IMG/VR virus record: IMGVR_UViG_3300027586_000007
Coordinates: 17,497-81,496 of that record
Strand: one strand, 5' to 3'
DNA: 64,000 nucleotides
DNA from: a virus
Lineage: Duplodnaviria; Caudoviricetes
Both the position numbers and the translations under genes were made by a program. Under the pieces are notes generated by a model that worked only from the letters and a program-made list of their open reading frames with translations, was not told the origin of the DNA and did no database searches. The first letter of the stretch is position 1, and every line of letters begins with the position of its first letter. Shown here in pieces: positions 26,982 to 36,226 of the stretch.

Positions 26982-29900
26982 TGAGTTTTACGCACCTACA
27001 CGTTCACTCCTATTATTCATTAATGGATGGACTAAATTCACCTAAAGAATTATGCCAAGCAGCACTAGATGCTGGGCAAACTGCGATTGCAATTACAGAC
27101 CATGGTACTCTCTCTTCACACAGAGATATGCAAATTGCCGCAAAGGAAACTGGCATTAAGCCAATTCTTGGTGTTGAGGCGTACATTTCTCCAACAGATA
27201 GGTTTGACAGATCCTCTAAAACAGACAAGTCTATTCAAGCCTATAACCATATTATTTTGCTAGCGAAAAATAAAAAGGGGTTGGAGAATATAAATATTCT
27301 ACAAGAGCTAGCATGGAACGAAGGCTTTTATCATAAGCCTAGAATTGACAGAGAGGTTTTAAATGATTATAGCGAAGGTATTATCGTTCTCAGCGGATGT
27401 CTTAATGGACTCATTAGTAAGGCTATCGATAAAGGTAACATGGAAGAGGCTGAACTTCTTCTCAAAGGCTTTAAGAAAACTTTCGGACAAGATTTTTACG
27501 TGGAAGTGCAATCACATAACCCTGTGGAGATCAACTCCGCCCTTCTAGAATTAGCAGATAAGCTTGGAATTAAAGCGGTGGCAACAGGTGATGCTCACTT
27601 TGCTAAAGAAGAAGATAGAATATTAGAAGAAGCACTTCTTATTTTATCGACATCTCCTAAAATTGATAAGGATTCAGACTTTGAAATGTCTCGCAATATA
27701 AAAGACATGATGGAAAGATTTAACTACCTTTATCCAGATCGTAGAATTTCATTTCAAGATTACAATTTATTTATTCAGTCTAGAGAAGAAATTGAAGCAG
27801 ACTTTAACACTGCTGGTATTACTCGTACAGACATATATGAGAATACCATGGAGATTGAAAACAAGATTGAGGAATATGATTTCCACCAAGGACTAGACCT
27901 CCTGCCAGTTCCAAAAACAGATGCAGATGATAAGCTTCGTGAGATGGCATATGCTGGATTAAACAAACTTGGATTTTCAGATAACAAAGTTTATGCTGAT
28001 AGAGTTGAAGAAGAGCTTTCAGTCATCGCATCTAAAAGCTTTGCGTCTTACTTTTTGGTAATTGCAGACATGATTGATTGGGCTAAGACAAACGATATTC
28101 GTGTTGGGCCAGGACGTGGCTCTGCAGCAGGCTCACTCGTATGCTATTCCTTGGGCATAACAGATGTTGATCCAATTAAATATAATCTTCTATTTTTTAG
28201 ATTTATTAATCCAGAGCGTAATGACTTTCCAGATATTGATACAGACTTTGAAGATCGACGTCGTAAAGAGGTAAAAGAGTATTTAAAGAAAAAGTTTAAG
28301 CACGTAGCATCTATTTCTACCTATACTTATTTTAAAGATAAGGGTGTCATTCGTGATGCAGCAAGAATTTTTATGGTTCCTCTTCAAGAAGTTAATCGTG
28401 CAATGAAATCAATTGACACTTTTGAAGATTTTATTTCTTCTCCTAACACTAAAGAGTTTAGAGCAAAATACCCAGAGGTGGTATGGCTTGCAGATAGACT
28501 ACGTGGAAGAATTAGATCGGTTGGAGTTCACGCTGCAGGAGTTGTTGTGGCAAAAGATGACCTGCGAAAGTTTGCTCCAGTTGAATCAAGAGAAGACGCA
28601 CAAGATAAAGTATCAGGAAGAATTCCTGTCGTTGCATACGATATGGATACGGTTGCAGATATAGGTCTTATTAAACTAGATGCACTAGGGCTTAAGACCT
28701 TATCTGTGATTTCTGACACACTAAAATCAATTAAGTCTAGAACCAACAAAGATATTATATTGTCTGATATGGCACTTGATGATCCAGAAGTCTATAAAAT
28801 GCTTAGCGAAGGATTTACTAAGGGAGTCTTCCAAGCTGAAGCAACTCCATATACCAACCTGCTAATTAAAATGGGAACAGATAAGTTTGAAGATTTAGTT
28901 GCATCTAACGCACTCGTAAGACCAGGAGCTATGAATACAGTAGGTGCTGCATACATTAAGCGCAAGCACGGCAATGAGGCTGTAGATTATATGCACACAA
29001 TCATGAAGCCCTTTACCGAGAATACTTATGGTGTTATCATATATCAAGAGCAAGTTATGCAGGCATGCGTACACTTGGGCGGTATGACTTGGGCAGAGGC
29101 TGATAAGGTCCGCAAGATTATTGGAAAGAAAAAAGATGCAAAAGAGTTTGACCAGTTCAAAGATAGGTTTGTTACTGGGGCTTCAGAACACATTACTAAG
29201 AAAAAAGCAGAGGCGCTTTGGCACGATTTTGAAGCGCATGCTGGTTATTCTTTTAACCGCTCCCATGCTGTTGCTTACTCTATGCTTAGTTATTATACTG
29301 CTTGGCTTAAGTTTTATTATCCACTTGAATTCATGTTTTCAATTCTTAAAAACGAAAACGATAAAGATGCTAGGACTGAATACTTAATCGAAGCTAAGCG
29401 TCTAGGACTCAAGGTTCTGCTTCCCCACATTAATGAATCTGATCTTGATTTCTCACTTCAAGAAAATGCAATCCGTTTTGGATTATCTGAAGTTAAGTTT
29501 ATATCTGATAATATTGCAAATAAGATTATTGATAGTAGACCGTACACCAACTACGATCACTTTATTTCTATTGCTTCCGCTAAAGGAAGCGGTATGAATA
29601 GTAGGGCAATCAGTTCACTCAATGCAATTGGTGCAGCGGCATTTAAAGATAATCCTAGAAGCGGTAATGAAAAAGATAATTATTATGAGTATCTTGGTAT
29701 ACCTACATTTAACTTAGAAGGGATTCCACCAAGGGTTAAAGCTCAGGCTAGACCAATTGAAGAGTTTGATGACCTAGGTTCGTTTGTTATGTTTGGAATG
29801 GTAAAAGGAATTAAACGTGGTTCTGGCTGGGCAAGAGTAGAGATAGTAGACGAGACTGGTTCAATAGGACTATTTCATAATGAGCAGACACAAATTGAAG

Positions 29901-30250
29901 TAGGCCAAATGTATTTCATCCTTGTCGGAGATAATAGAATTGCAAGATATATAAAGGTGTCTGATATAGATCCATCATCAAATGATATGTTTGTTGACTA
30001 CCTATACCGCAAAGAATATGATTTAGAAGAAGATGAGTATATCGTTGTAAACTTTACCCCATATGTAACAAAAGCAGGCAAAACTATGAGCCACATAGTG
30101 TTGTCAAATAGAAATAAAGAGTTGACAAGAGCAATTGCTTTTCCAACTATGTATAAGATGACCCTTGCAAAAATGCGTGAGGGAATGAAGTGTAGGGTTG
30201 TTCTATCAAAATTAGACGATGGAACTATGAATGTAAAGGAAATCAAATGA
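26981..30250 (+). CDS. dnaE: DNA polymerase III alpha subunit
   Basis: PHP domain (HLHVHSYYSLMDG, TDHG), GRGSAAGS, PDIDTDF, HAAG, YSFNRSHA. The true start is ATG 26981. Confidence 0.96.
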   Translation: MSFTHLHVHSYYSLMDGLNSPKELCQAALDAGQTAIAITDHGTLSSHRDMQIAAKETGIKPILGVEAYISPTDRFDRSSKTDKSIQAYNHIILLAKNKKGLENINILQELAWNEGFYHKPRIDREVLNDYSEGIIVLSGCLNGLISKAIDKGNMEEAELLLKGFKKTFGQDFYVEVQSHNPVEINSALLELADKLGIKAVATGDAHFAKEEDRILEEALLILSTSPKIDKDSDFEMSRNIKDMMERFNYLYPDRRISFQDYNLFIQSREEIEADFNTAGITRTDIYENTMEIENKIEEYDFHQGLDLLPVPKTDADDKLREMAYAGLNKLGFSDNKVYADRVEEELSVIASKSFASYFLVIADMIDWAKTNDIRVGPGRGSAAGSLVCYSLGITDVDPIKYNLLFFRFINPERNDFPDIDTDFEDRRRKEVKEYLKKKFKHVASISTYTYFKDKGVIRDAARIFMVPLQEVNRAMKSIDTFEDFISSPNTKEFRAKYPEVVWLADRLRGRIRSVGVHAAGVVVAKDDLRKFAPVESREDAQDKVSGRIPVVAYDMDTVADIGLIKLDALGLKTLSVISDTLKSIKSRTNKDIILSDMALDDPEVYKMLSEGFTKGVFQAEATPYTNLLIKMGTDKFEDLVASNALVRPGAMNTVGAAYIKRKHGNEAVDYMHTIMKPFTENTYGVIIYQEQVMQACVHLGGMTWAEADKVRKIIGKKKDAKEFDQFKDRFVTGASEHITKKKAEALWHDFEAHAGYSFNRSHAVAYSMLSYYTAWLKFYYPLEFMFSILKNENDKDARTEYLIEAKRLGLKVLLPHINESDLDFSLQENAIRFGLSEVKFISDNIANKIIDSRPYTNYDHFISIASAKGSGMNSRAISSLNAIGAAAFKDNPRSGNEKDNYYEYLGIPTFNLEGIPPRVKAQARPIEEFDDLGSFVMFGMVKGIKRGSGWARVEIVDETGSIGLFHNEQTQIEVGQMYFILVGDNRIARYIKVSDIDPSSNDMFVDYLYRKEYDLEEDEYIVVNFTPYVTKAGKTMSHIVLSNRNKELTRAIAFPTMYKMTLAKMREGMKCRVVLSKLDDGTMNVKEIK

Positions 30251-30444
30251 GTGATGCAAAAATAGAAGATGTTTATGCACAGCTAAATATTGCTAAGATA
30301 CTTGTTGCCGCAATTGAAAGTCTTGGAGAAATTTCTCTACCAGTTCAAAACTTTTTAAAGGCAGCCAATGAAGACAAAGAATTACAAGTAGATTATAATG
30401 AAGCTGATCAAACATTTACATTTAAGCTTAAGCAAAAAGATTAA
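30247..30444 (+). CDS. Hypothetical protein
   Basis: ATGA-coupled ORF. Confidence 0.6.
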   Translation: MSDAKIEDVYAQLNIAKILVAAIESLGEISLPVQNFLKAANEDKELQVDYNEADQTFTFKLKQKD

Positions 30445-30509
30445 TTAAAATGGGCTTCACAGCCCCCAATTTAAATGGTATACTACTATAGAGAAGAAAG
30501 AAGAATAAA

Positions 30510-30887
30510 ATGGCAGATCATGATATTGTGTATGAGGGCGGATATAAGATTTCACCAGAAGACGCTTTAATAAACGAAAAAATTGCTGATCAATTAGCTG
30601 GAACAAATACTTTAGTGGCTATACTAGAGCACTATGGGAAATTGACCGTACCAAGAAAAAATTTAATGGAGTTAATAGAAGTAGATCAGGTATGGCCAAA
30701 TGATTTTATTTATAATCACGGCTCAGCGATGGCAGTAACATACAATCCAAACACTGACGAAATGGGTTTTGAGTTAAGATATTTAATGGATGGAGACATA
30801 CCTGCAGACATCGTGTCTTGGTGCTGCACAAGAAATCAAACTAAGGTGGGATTTATCGATCATGATAGTCCTATATACAAACACTAA
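30510..30887 (+). CDS. Hypothetical protein
   Basis: ORF with its own upstream TGGTATACT box. Confidence 0.55.
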   Translation: MADHDIVYEGGYKISPEDALINEKIADQLAGTNTLVAILEHYGKLTVPRKNLMELIEVDQVWPNDFIYNHGSAMAVTYNPNTDEMGFELRYLMDGDIPADIVSWCCTRNQTKVGFIDHDSPIYKH

Positions 30888-31888
30888 TGATATCAATAGA
30901 CACTATTTTATCTAAGCTTGATCCTAAAACACGTGCTAGAGTTCAGTCTGCACAAAATGTTCAGGTGTCAAAACAGCTAACTCCCAGCATAGGATTAAAT
31001 GTTGCGCTAAAAGGCGGACTAGGTTACGGAAGACAAGTCCTAGTATGGGGCAATAAGTCTGCTGGTAAGTCTTCTTTTTGTTTGCAGATGATAGCACTAG
31101 CTCAGCAAGAAGGAAAAACATGTGCTTGGATTGATGCTGAATCTTCTTATGATCAGAGTTGGGCAGAACGGCTTGGAGTAGATTCATCTTCTCTTATTTA
31201 TTCTCAGGCTAAAACAGTTAATGATATGGTTGATGTTGGAGTAAAGCTTATGGAAGCTGGAGTTGATGTTATTGTTGTTGATTCAATTTCTGCTTTGCTT
31301 CCTGGCATATATTTTGAAAAAGATGGAAATGAAATGAAGGATTTGCAAGATACTAAGCAAATCGGCGCAGAAGCAAAGGATATGACTCACGCAGTCAAAA
31401 TGTTAAATTATGCAAACAAAAATACACTACTGGTTCTCATCTCACAGCAAAGAAATCAATTTGGATCTATGCATGCCTCCCACATTCCGACAGGAGGAAT
31501 GGCAGTTAAGTTCTTCTCTTCCACAGTCATTAAACTATGGTCTTCGGAGGCTGAAGCTAATGCTATTAAAGCAGGCGTTGCGGTTGGTGACAAAATCATT
31601 GAACAAAGAGTTGGCAGGCCAGTCAATTGGATTATTGATTACAACAAGCTCGGCCCCCCTAATCTTTCAGGACAATACGATTTCTACTACCAAGGAGATC
31701 ATATAGGAGTAGATAAAGTTGGCGAGTCGCTTGATGTTGCAGAGATGTATGGATTAATTGAAAAAGGTGGCGCTTGGTATACCATTAATGGAGAGCGTTT
31801 TCAAGGAAGAGCAAAAGCTGTTTCATATCTCAGAGATAACCCAGAAGTATCTGCATCTTTAATTGGTGAGATTAATGCCAGATCTTAA
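30887..31888 (+). CDS. recA: RecA/UvsX-like recombinase
   Basis: Walker A GNKSAGKS, WIDAE, VVDSISAL, TGGMAVKFFS, KGGAWY. Confidence 0.93.
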   Translation: MISIDTILSKLDPKTRARVQSAQNVQVSKQLTPSIGLNVALKGGLGYGRQVLVWGNKSAGKSSFCLQMIALAQQEGKTCAWIDAESSYDQSWAERLGVDSSSLIYSQAKTVNDMVDVGVKLMEAGVDVIVVDSISALLPGIYFEKDGNEMKDLQDTKQIGAEAKDMTHAVKMLNYANKNTLLVLISQQRNQFGSMHASHIPTGGMAVKFFSSTVIKLWSSEAEANAIKAGVAVGDKIIEQRVGRPVNWIIDYNKLGPPNLSGQYDFYYQGDHIGVDKVGESLDVAEMYGLIEKGGAWYTINGERFQGRAKAVSYLRDNPEVSASLIGEINARS

Positions 31889-32066
31889 TGAATTTTTAAA
31901 CAAGTCTACTGCTGAAGATGTATCCGTTGATGGAGAAATTATAGAGCAGATGCGCCCTTGTTCAAAGTGCGATTTGTATGTCGAATCTTATATTTTTAAT
32001 AGCCAGACTATGGAGATGAGATGGACATGCAAAGACGGTCACGAGACAAGGTATAGTGTCGGGTAA
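31875..32066 (+). CDS. Small Cys-containing (zinc-binding?) protein
   Basis: CSKC...CKDGH. Confidence 0.55.
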   Translation: MPDLNEFLNKSTAEDVSVDGEIIEQMRPCSKCDLYVESYIFNSQTMEMRWTCKDGHETRYSVG

Positions 32067-32380
32067 TGTCAGAAAGATCAGAAGTTAAAAGAGACGGAGC
32101 CAAAGCACAGAAAAACTCTGGGCGTGGGGACTATCAAAAGGGTGATGCCCAATGGAATAAATTTTTAGTAGACTACAAAGAAGCAGGATCATCGTTCACT
32201 TTAAATAAAGACAACTGGGCAAAGATATGCACAGATACATTTAAGGTAAACAGAGATATGCATCCGCTGCTAAAAATAATAATTGGCAAAGATTCAAAGG
32301 TAAGGCTTGGTATAATAGAGTGGTCAGTGTTAGAAGAATTAATAGAATTTTGGGAGAAAAATTATGACTCAGTACAATAA
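32066..32380 (+). CDS. PD-(D/E)XK Holliday-junction resolvase-like nuclease (putative)
   Basis: NSGRG...KGDA...VDYKE pattern. Confidence 0.6.
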   Translation: MSERSEVKRDGAKAQKNSGRGDYQKGDAQWNKFLVDYKEAGSSFTLNKDNWAKICTDTFKVNRDMHPLLKIIIGKDSKVRLGIIEWSVLEELIEFWEKNYDSVQ

Positions 32381-33308
32381 AACAACAATAATGCCATTCG
32401 TAGTTTTGTATCGTGGTCTTTTTGATAATGCACCAGAAATACTGCAAATGCTAAAAGACTCAAATACATCAAGTATTCTTCAGGAATGGGAACCGTGGTA
32501 TGAGCTAGGTCTAAGAACAAGGCTAGAGCCACACAGAGGAAACCCACTATCAGAAATTGAAAAGCATCAACTTAAATTACAAAAGTATATCTATACAAAT
32601 TTAATATCTGCCTATAAAGATTATGTAGAAGACTGGACTAAACCAGAAATTATTAAAAAGTATATCAATCCTAATAGATCTTTTTATGAAGATTGGAAAT
32701 ATGTATTCGGAGAGTTTGTAACGGATTGGTCAGGATTTGATAATATACCTAACCAGTCAGATGAAGATTGCTGGATTAAGGGAGCAGTAGAAATATTAAA
32801 ACACGATCATACTGTTGGCAAAGGACTGGAACTTGCAATTGGATATCATCTAGATGCCTTTAACTCAAAGGATGCTGCTGGCCCAAAATCAATTATTACT
32901 GGAACAGTGTATTTAAATGATGAATACGAAGGCGGAGAGATATCATTTTTAAATGAGTTTGACAGTAGTATTATTACATATAAGCCAAAACAAGGAGACC
33001 TTATAGTATTCCCTTCAGCAAAACCATTTTTTCATGCTGCTCAAAAAGTTTATGGGGCAGATAAATATCTTATAAGAAACTTTTTATTGTGGCAACACTC
33101 AGGATCAGATAGATACAAAGAGGGACAAAAAAAGTTTGGTAAAGAACAATGGGAGACAATGCAAGATCTTATTAGAGAAACTGAAGATCTTTTAGGGCTA
33201 TACCAAAAAGATGTTTATCTGCCAGGTACTTCAGTTTATGATAGGCCACATGGAAACGGAATACCGTTTTTCCCTAAAACAGTAGAAGTTTGGGAAGATA
33301 ATAAGTGA
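32364..33308 (+). CDS. 2OG-Fe(II) oxygenase (prolyl-4-hydroxylase-like) #1
   Basis: HLD...YLNDEYEGGE...GDLIVFPS...FHA. Confidence 0.85.
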   Translation: MTQYNKTTIMPFVVLYRGLFDNAPEILQMLKDSNTSSILQEWEPWYELGLRTRLEPHRGNPLSEIEKHQLKLQKYIYTNLISAYKDYVEDWTKPEIIKKYINPNRSFYEDWKYVFGEFVTDWSGFDNIPNQSDEDCWIKGAVEILKHDHTVGKGLELAIGYHLDAFNSKDAAGPKSIITGTVYLNDEYEGGEISFLNEFDSSIITYKPKQGDLIVFPSAKPFFHAAQKVYGADKYLIRNFLLWQHSGSDRYKEGQKKFGKEQWETMQDLIRETEDLLGLYQKDVYLPGTSVYDRPHGNGIPFFPKTVEVWEDNK

Positions 33309-33410
33309 TTGAAAACTATATAATCGTATCTTCTATCACCTTTTTAATTGGTTTGTCCTTGGGATACGGCCTCGGACTTTTTGTTGACAAGATAGATAAG
33401 AGGATTAAAA

Positions 33411-33749
33411 ATGGCAGAGGATAAAAATACTTTAGAGCTTATTAGCGATATTACAGAGTTCAATGACCTGCATGAGTTTATGCAAGACGAGCATTTAGAT
33501 AAAGCTCTTTCTATAGTAGTTAAGCTACTCATGAACCCAGATGTGCCTTCTGCAAAAGCACCTTATCTTATTATGGAACTACAGGCAATGTCAACTAAAT
33601 TTGCAGTTCTTGCTTCTGTATACTCTACGATTGCTAAAGATAAGGCTGGTACAGCCAATAACAATAAGAAAAATATTTACTATTCAGTAAAAGAGTCCAT
33701 AGACAAACTTGTAGATGCACTTAAGTATGTAGTTAGATATAACTCATGA
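33411..33749 (+). CDS. Hypothetical conserved phage protein
   Basis: RBS AGAGGA; helical. Confidence 0.6.
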   Translation: MAEDKNTLELISDITEFNDLHEFMQDEHLDKALSIVVKLLMNPDVPSAKAPYLIMELQAMSTKFAVLASVYSTIAKDKAGTANNNKKNIYYSVKESIDKLVDALKYVVRYNS

Positions 33750-33898
33750 AGAAGATTTGGGCTTTGGCTGTATTAATAGCAACAGCAATTTTTTCAGGCT
33801 TAGCATTATCTAGATTTTTAAAATGGGCTGGAAAGCAAGAGATTTTTGACTTTGACCTAAATGAGGACATTGATTATGAAGAATTGGATAAAATTTAG
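33746..33898 (+). CDS. Small single-TM membrane protein (50 aa)
   Basis: MKKIWALAVLIATAIFSGLALSRF followed by an acidic tail; coupled on both sides. Confidence 0.55.
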   Translation: MKKIWALAVLIATAIFSGLALSRFLKWAGKQEIFDFDLNEDIDYEELDKI

Positions 33899-34686
33899 TG
33901 GCCAGAGATATTGTAAAAAATCTTAAGTTTAAAAAGCACACTGGTAATTTTTTTGATCCAGAAAAATTTGCTAAGCTGCTTGATGAATCCTACAGAAATA
34001 CAAAGCGTCCAGATGGAGATACAACAAAAAAATCATTTAGCCCAAGCTCTCTAGGATACGGGCATGGCACCTGTCCGAGATATTGGTATATGGCATTTAC
34101 TGGCGCAGTCTTCATTGATGATAACGATGCGGTTGCTGTAGCCAATATGGCTCAGGGAACGCAAGCACACGAAAGACTACAAAACCTTATTAAGACTATG
34201 CCTGAGTGGAGGGCGGAAGAAGAAGAAATTATTAATGAGTATCCACCTATCCGTGGCTTTATAGATTTAATTATGGAGTATGATGGTGAGACAGTTATTG
34301 GTGAAATTAAAACTGCAAAGCAAGAAGTATGGGATACTAGACAGGCTGAAATGAAGTCTTCTCCAAACCATATGCTACAGCTACTCACTTATATGAAATT
34401 AAAGAATGCCAAAGAAGGGTTCTTTTTATATGAAAATAAAAATACCCAAGAAGTATTAATTATTCCAATCTCTATGAACGAGAAGAATAAAGAAATTATT
34501 GAAAATGCTTTTAAGTGGATGGAAGAAGTATGGGATAATTTTAATAATGGCGATCTACCTACAAGGCCACAAGATGCAACAAAATATAAACTGCCCTGCA
34601 CTTATTGTCCAGTTAAAAAAGAATGCTGGGCAAAAGGCTCTGATCCTGGCTCGGTAGACATTCCCTTGATGAAGGTTTTTAAATAG
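33898..34686 (+). CDS. Cas4-like/RecB-family exonuclease
   Basis: CPR...HERLQ...IRGFIDL...EIKT...QLLTY...CTYCPVKKEC (4-Cys Fe-S pattern). Confidence 0.85.
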   Translation: MARDIVKNLKFKKHTGNFFDPEKFAKLLDESYRNTKRPDGDTTKKSFSPSSLGYGHGTCPRYWYMAFTGAVFIDDNDAVAVANMAQGTQAHERLQNLIKTMPEWRAEEEEIINEYPPIRGFIDLIMEYDGETVIGEIKTAKQEVWDTRQAEMKSSPNHMLQLLTYMKLKNAKEGFFLYENKNTQEVLIIPISMNEKNKEIIENAFKWMEEVWDNFNNGDLPTRPQDATKYKLPCTYCPVKKECWAKGSDPGSVDIPLMKVFK

Positions 34687-34964
34687 TGATTTGTTTAAAT
34701 AGTAAATGCGGAAAAGAATTTAATGCCAAAACGCATAATCAAAAATATTGTTCAGACGAGTGTTGTCGCCTTGCAACAAATAAAAGAATCATGGAAAAGT
34801 ATTACGAAAAGAAAGCAATTAAAAACGGTGCTCCAAGAAAATGCAAAACTTGTGCTAGTTTTTTAAGTAGATACAATTCAGAAGCAGTGTGTGCTAAATG
34901 CATAAAATCTAAACACATAAAGGATAAAAACGATTTGATGGGAATCCTAGATGACATTGGCTAG
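34686..34964 (+). CDS. Cys-rich zinc-binding protein
   Basis: Multiple CxxC motifs (CLNSKC, KYCSDECC, CKTC, CAKC). Confidence 0.65.
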   Translation: MICLNSKCGKEFNAKTHNQKYCSDECCRLATNKRIMEKYYEKKAIKNGAPRKCKTCASFLSRYNSEAVCAKCIKSKHIKDKNDLMGILDDIG

Positions 34965-35517
34965 TTTAGTAAAAACAAAGGCTTCCAAGGTTTTAGGTAT
35001 AGACGCATCTACAAGCTCAATAGCTTTTTGCCTAATGGAAAATGATGTGCCATTAAAGTGGGGCAAAATTAATTTAGTTGGCAACGATATATATGAAAAA
35101 ATTTATAATGCTAAAGTTAATATGAGCGCAATGCTAGGCGAACTAAGTGCCGATTATATTGCAGTAGAAGGCGCCGTACTTGTCAGATCACCTGATGCTG
35201 TGATAAAATTGTCTTATGTCTATGGAGTTGTTATTGCTGAGCTTATGTCTACTGGGGCTAAGGTTATTACTATTAGCCCATCCTCGTGGCAGGCGTACAT
35301 TGGCAACAAAAATCCGACAAAGGATGAAAAGTCTGGAATAAGGCTGGCTAATCCAGGATACGCAGACTCCTGGTATAAAAATCAATTAAGAAATATGAGG
35401 AAGCAAAGAACTGCTGACTACTTTAATAGGAAGTACAATTTAAATGTGGTGGATTTTGACGTTGCAGATAGCTTTGGTATTGCACATTACGCTAACAAAG
35501 TATTAACACAACGATGA
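34951..35517 (+). CDS. ruvC: RuvC-like Holliday junction resolvase
   Basis: LGIDAS, AVEG, DVADSFGIA catalytic acidic motifs. Confidence 0.85.
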   Translation: MTLASLVKTKASKVLGIDASTSSIAFCLMENDVPLKWGKINLVGNDIYEKIYNAKVNMSAMLGELSADYIAVEGAVLVRSPDAVIKLSYVYGVVIAELMSTGAKVITISPSSWQAYIGNKNPTKDEKSGIRLANPGYADSWYKNQLRNMRKQRTADYFNRKYNLNVVDFDVADSFGIAHYANKVLTQR

Positions 35518-35660
35518 AGCTATATCAAGACAAAGGCTGGCTTTATAATAGATATATTATTCAAAAAAAGACTATAGTTGAAATATCAAAAGAATGTAAC
35601 GTATCGGCTATGACCATACAGAGATATATAGAGAAATTTGGTATAAAGGTCAAGCGTTAA
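35514..35660 (+). CDS. Small HTH protein (48 aa)
   Basis: KTIVEISKECNVSAMTIQRYIEKFGI. Confidence 0.65.
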   Translation: MKLYQDKGWLYNRYIIQKKTIVEISKECNVSAMTIQRYIEKFGIKVKR

Positions 35661-35689
35661 TTGACATTTTGGTTGACTAGAAGTATAAT
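35661..35689 (+). promoter_or_regulatory. Consensus promoter, leaderless, driving the terminase genes
   Basis: TTGACA-N17-TATAAT-N6-ATG. Confidence 0.8.
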
Positions 35690-35695
35690 AATTTA

Positions 35696-36226
35696 ATGAC
35701 AGAAATAGAGCCATCCATCCACTTTGACAAGATGAATAAAGTTGTTTCGGAGTTATTAAAGGGCAATTCGGCTACCCAGATTGCTACAATAACTGGCATG
35801 GCTAGAAAAGATGTCTTAGAGTATATTGATGAGTGGAAGGCTGTGGTCCATAACGATACTAATGTTAGAGACCGTGCAAGAGAAGCTCTTATGGGGGCTG
35901 ATCAACACTACGACATACTAATTAAAGAAGCTTGGAAAACCGTAGAAGACGCAGACACACAGGGCCAACTTAACGTAAAATCTGGAACCTTAAAACTAAT
36001 TGCAGATATTGAGGGCAAAAGAATTGCAATGTTGCAGGCAGTAGGTGTTTTAGAGAACAACGAGATGGCCTCACAAATATTAGAAAATGAAAAAAAGCAA
36101 GAGATGCTTGTTAGTATATTAAAAGAAGTTACCTCTAACTGCAACCACTGCAAGATAGAGGTTGCCAAAAGATTATCTCAGATCACTGGGATTGTAGAGC
36201 CTATCATTATTTCTCAAGAGGCTTAA
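35696..36226 (+). CDS. HTH-containing protein, probable terminase small subunit
   Basis: N-terminal HTH (SATQIATITGMARKDV) plus helical region; directly upstream of the large terminase. Confidence 0.6.
   Translation: MTEIEPSIHFDKMNKVVSELLKGNSATQIATITGMARKDVLEYIDEWKAVVHNDTNVRDRAREALMGADQHYDILIKEAWKTVEDADTQGQLNVKSGTLKLIADIEGKRIAMLQAVGVLENNEMASQILENEKKQEMLVSILKEVTSNCNHCKIEVAKRLSQITGIVEPIIISQEA

Noticed and set aside
33898-34686. Cas4-like gene as evidence of a CRISPR system
   Set aside because: No repeat-spacer array or other cas genes. Solo Cas4-like exonucleases are routine in phage recombination modules.
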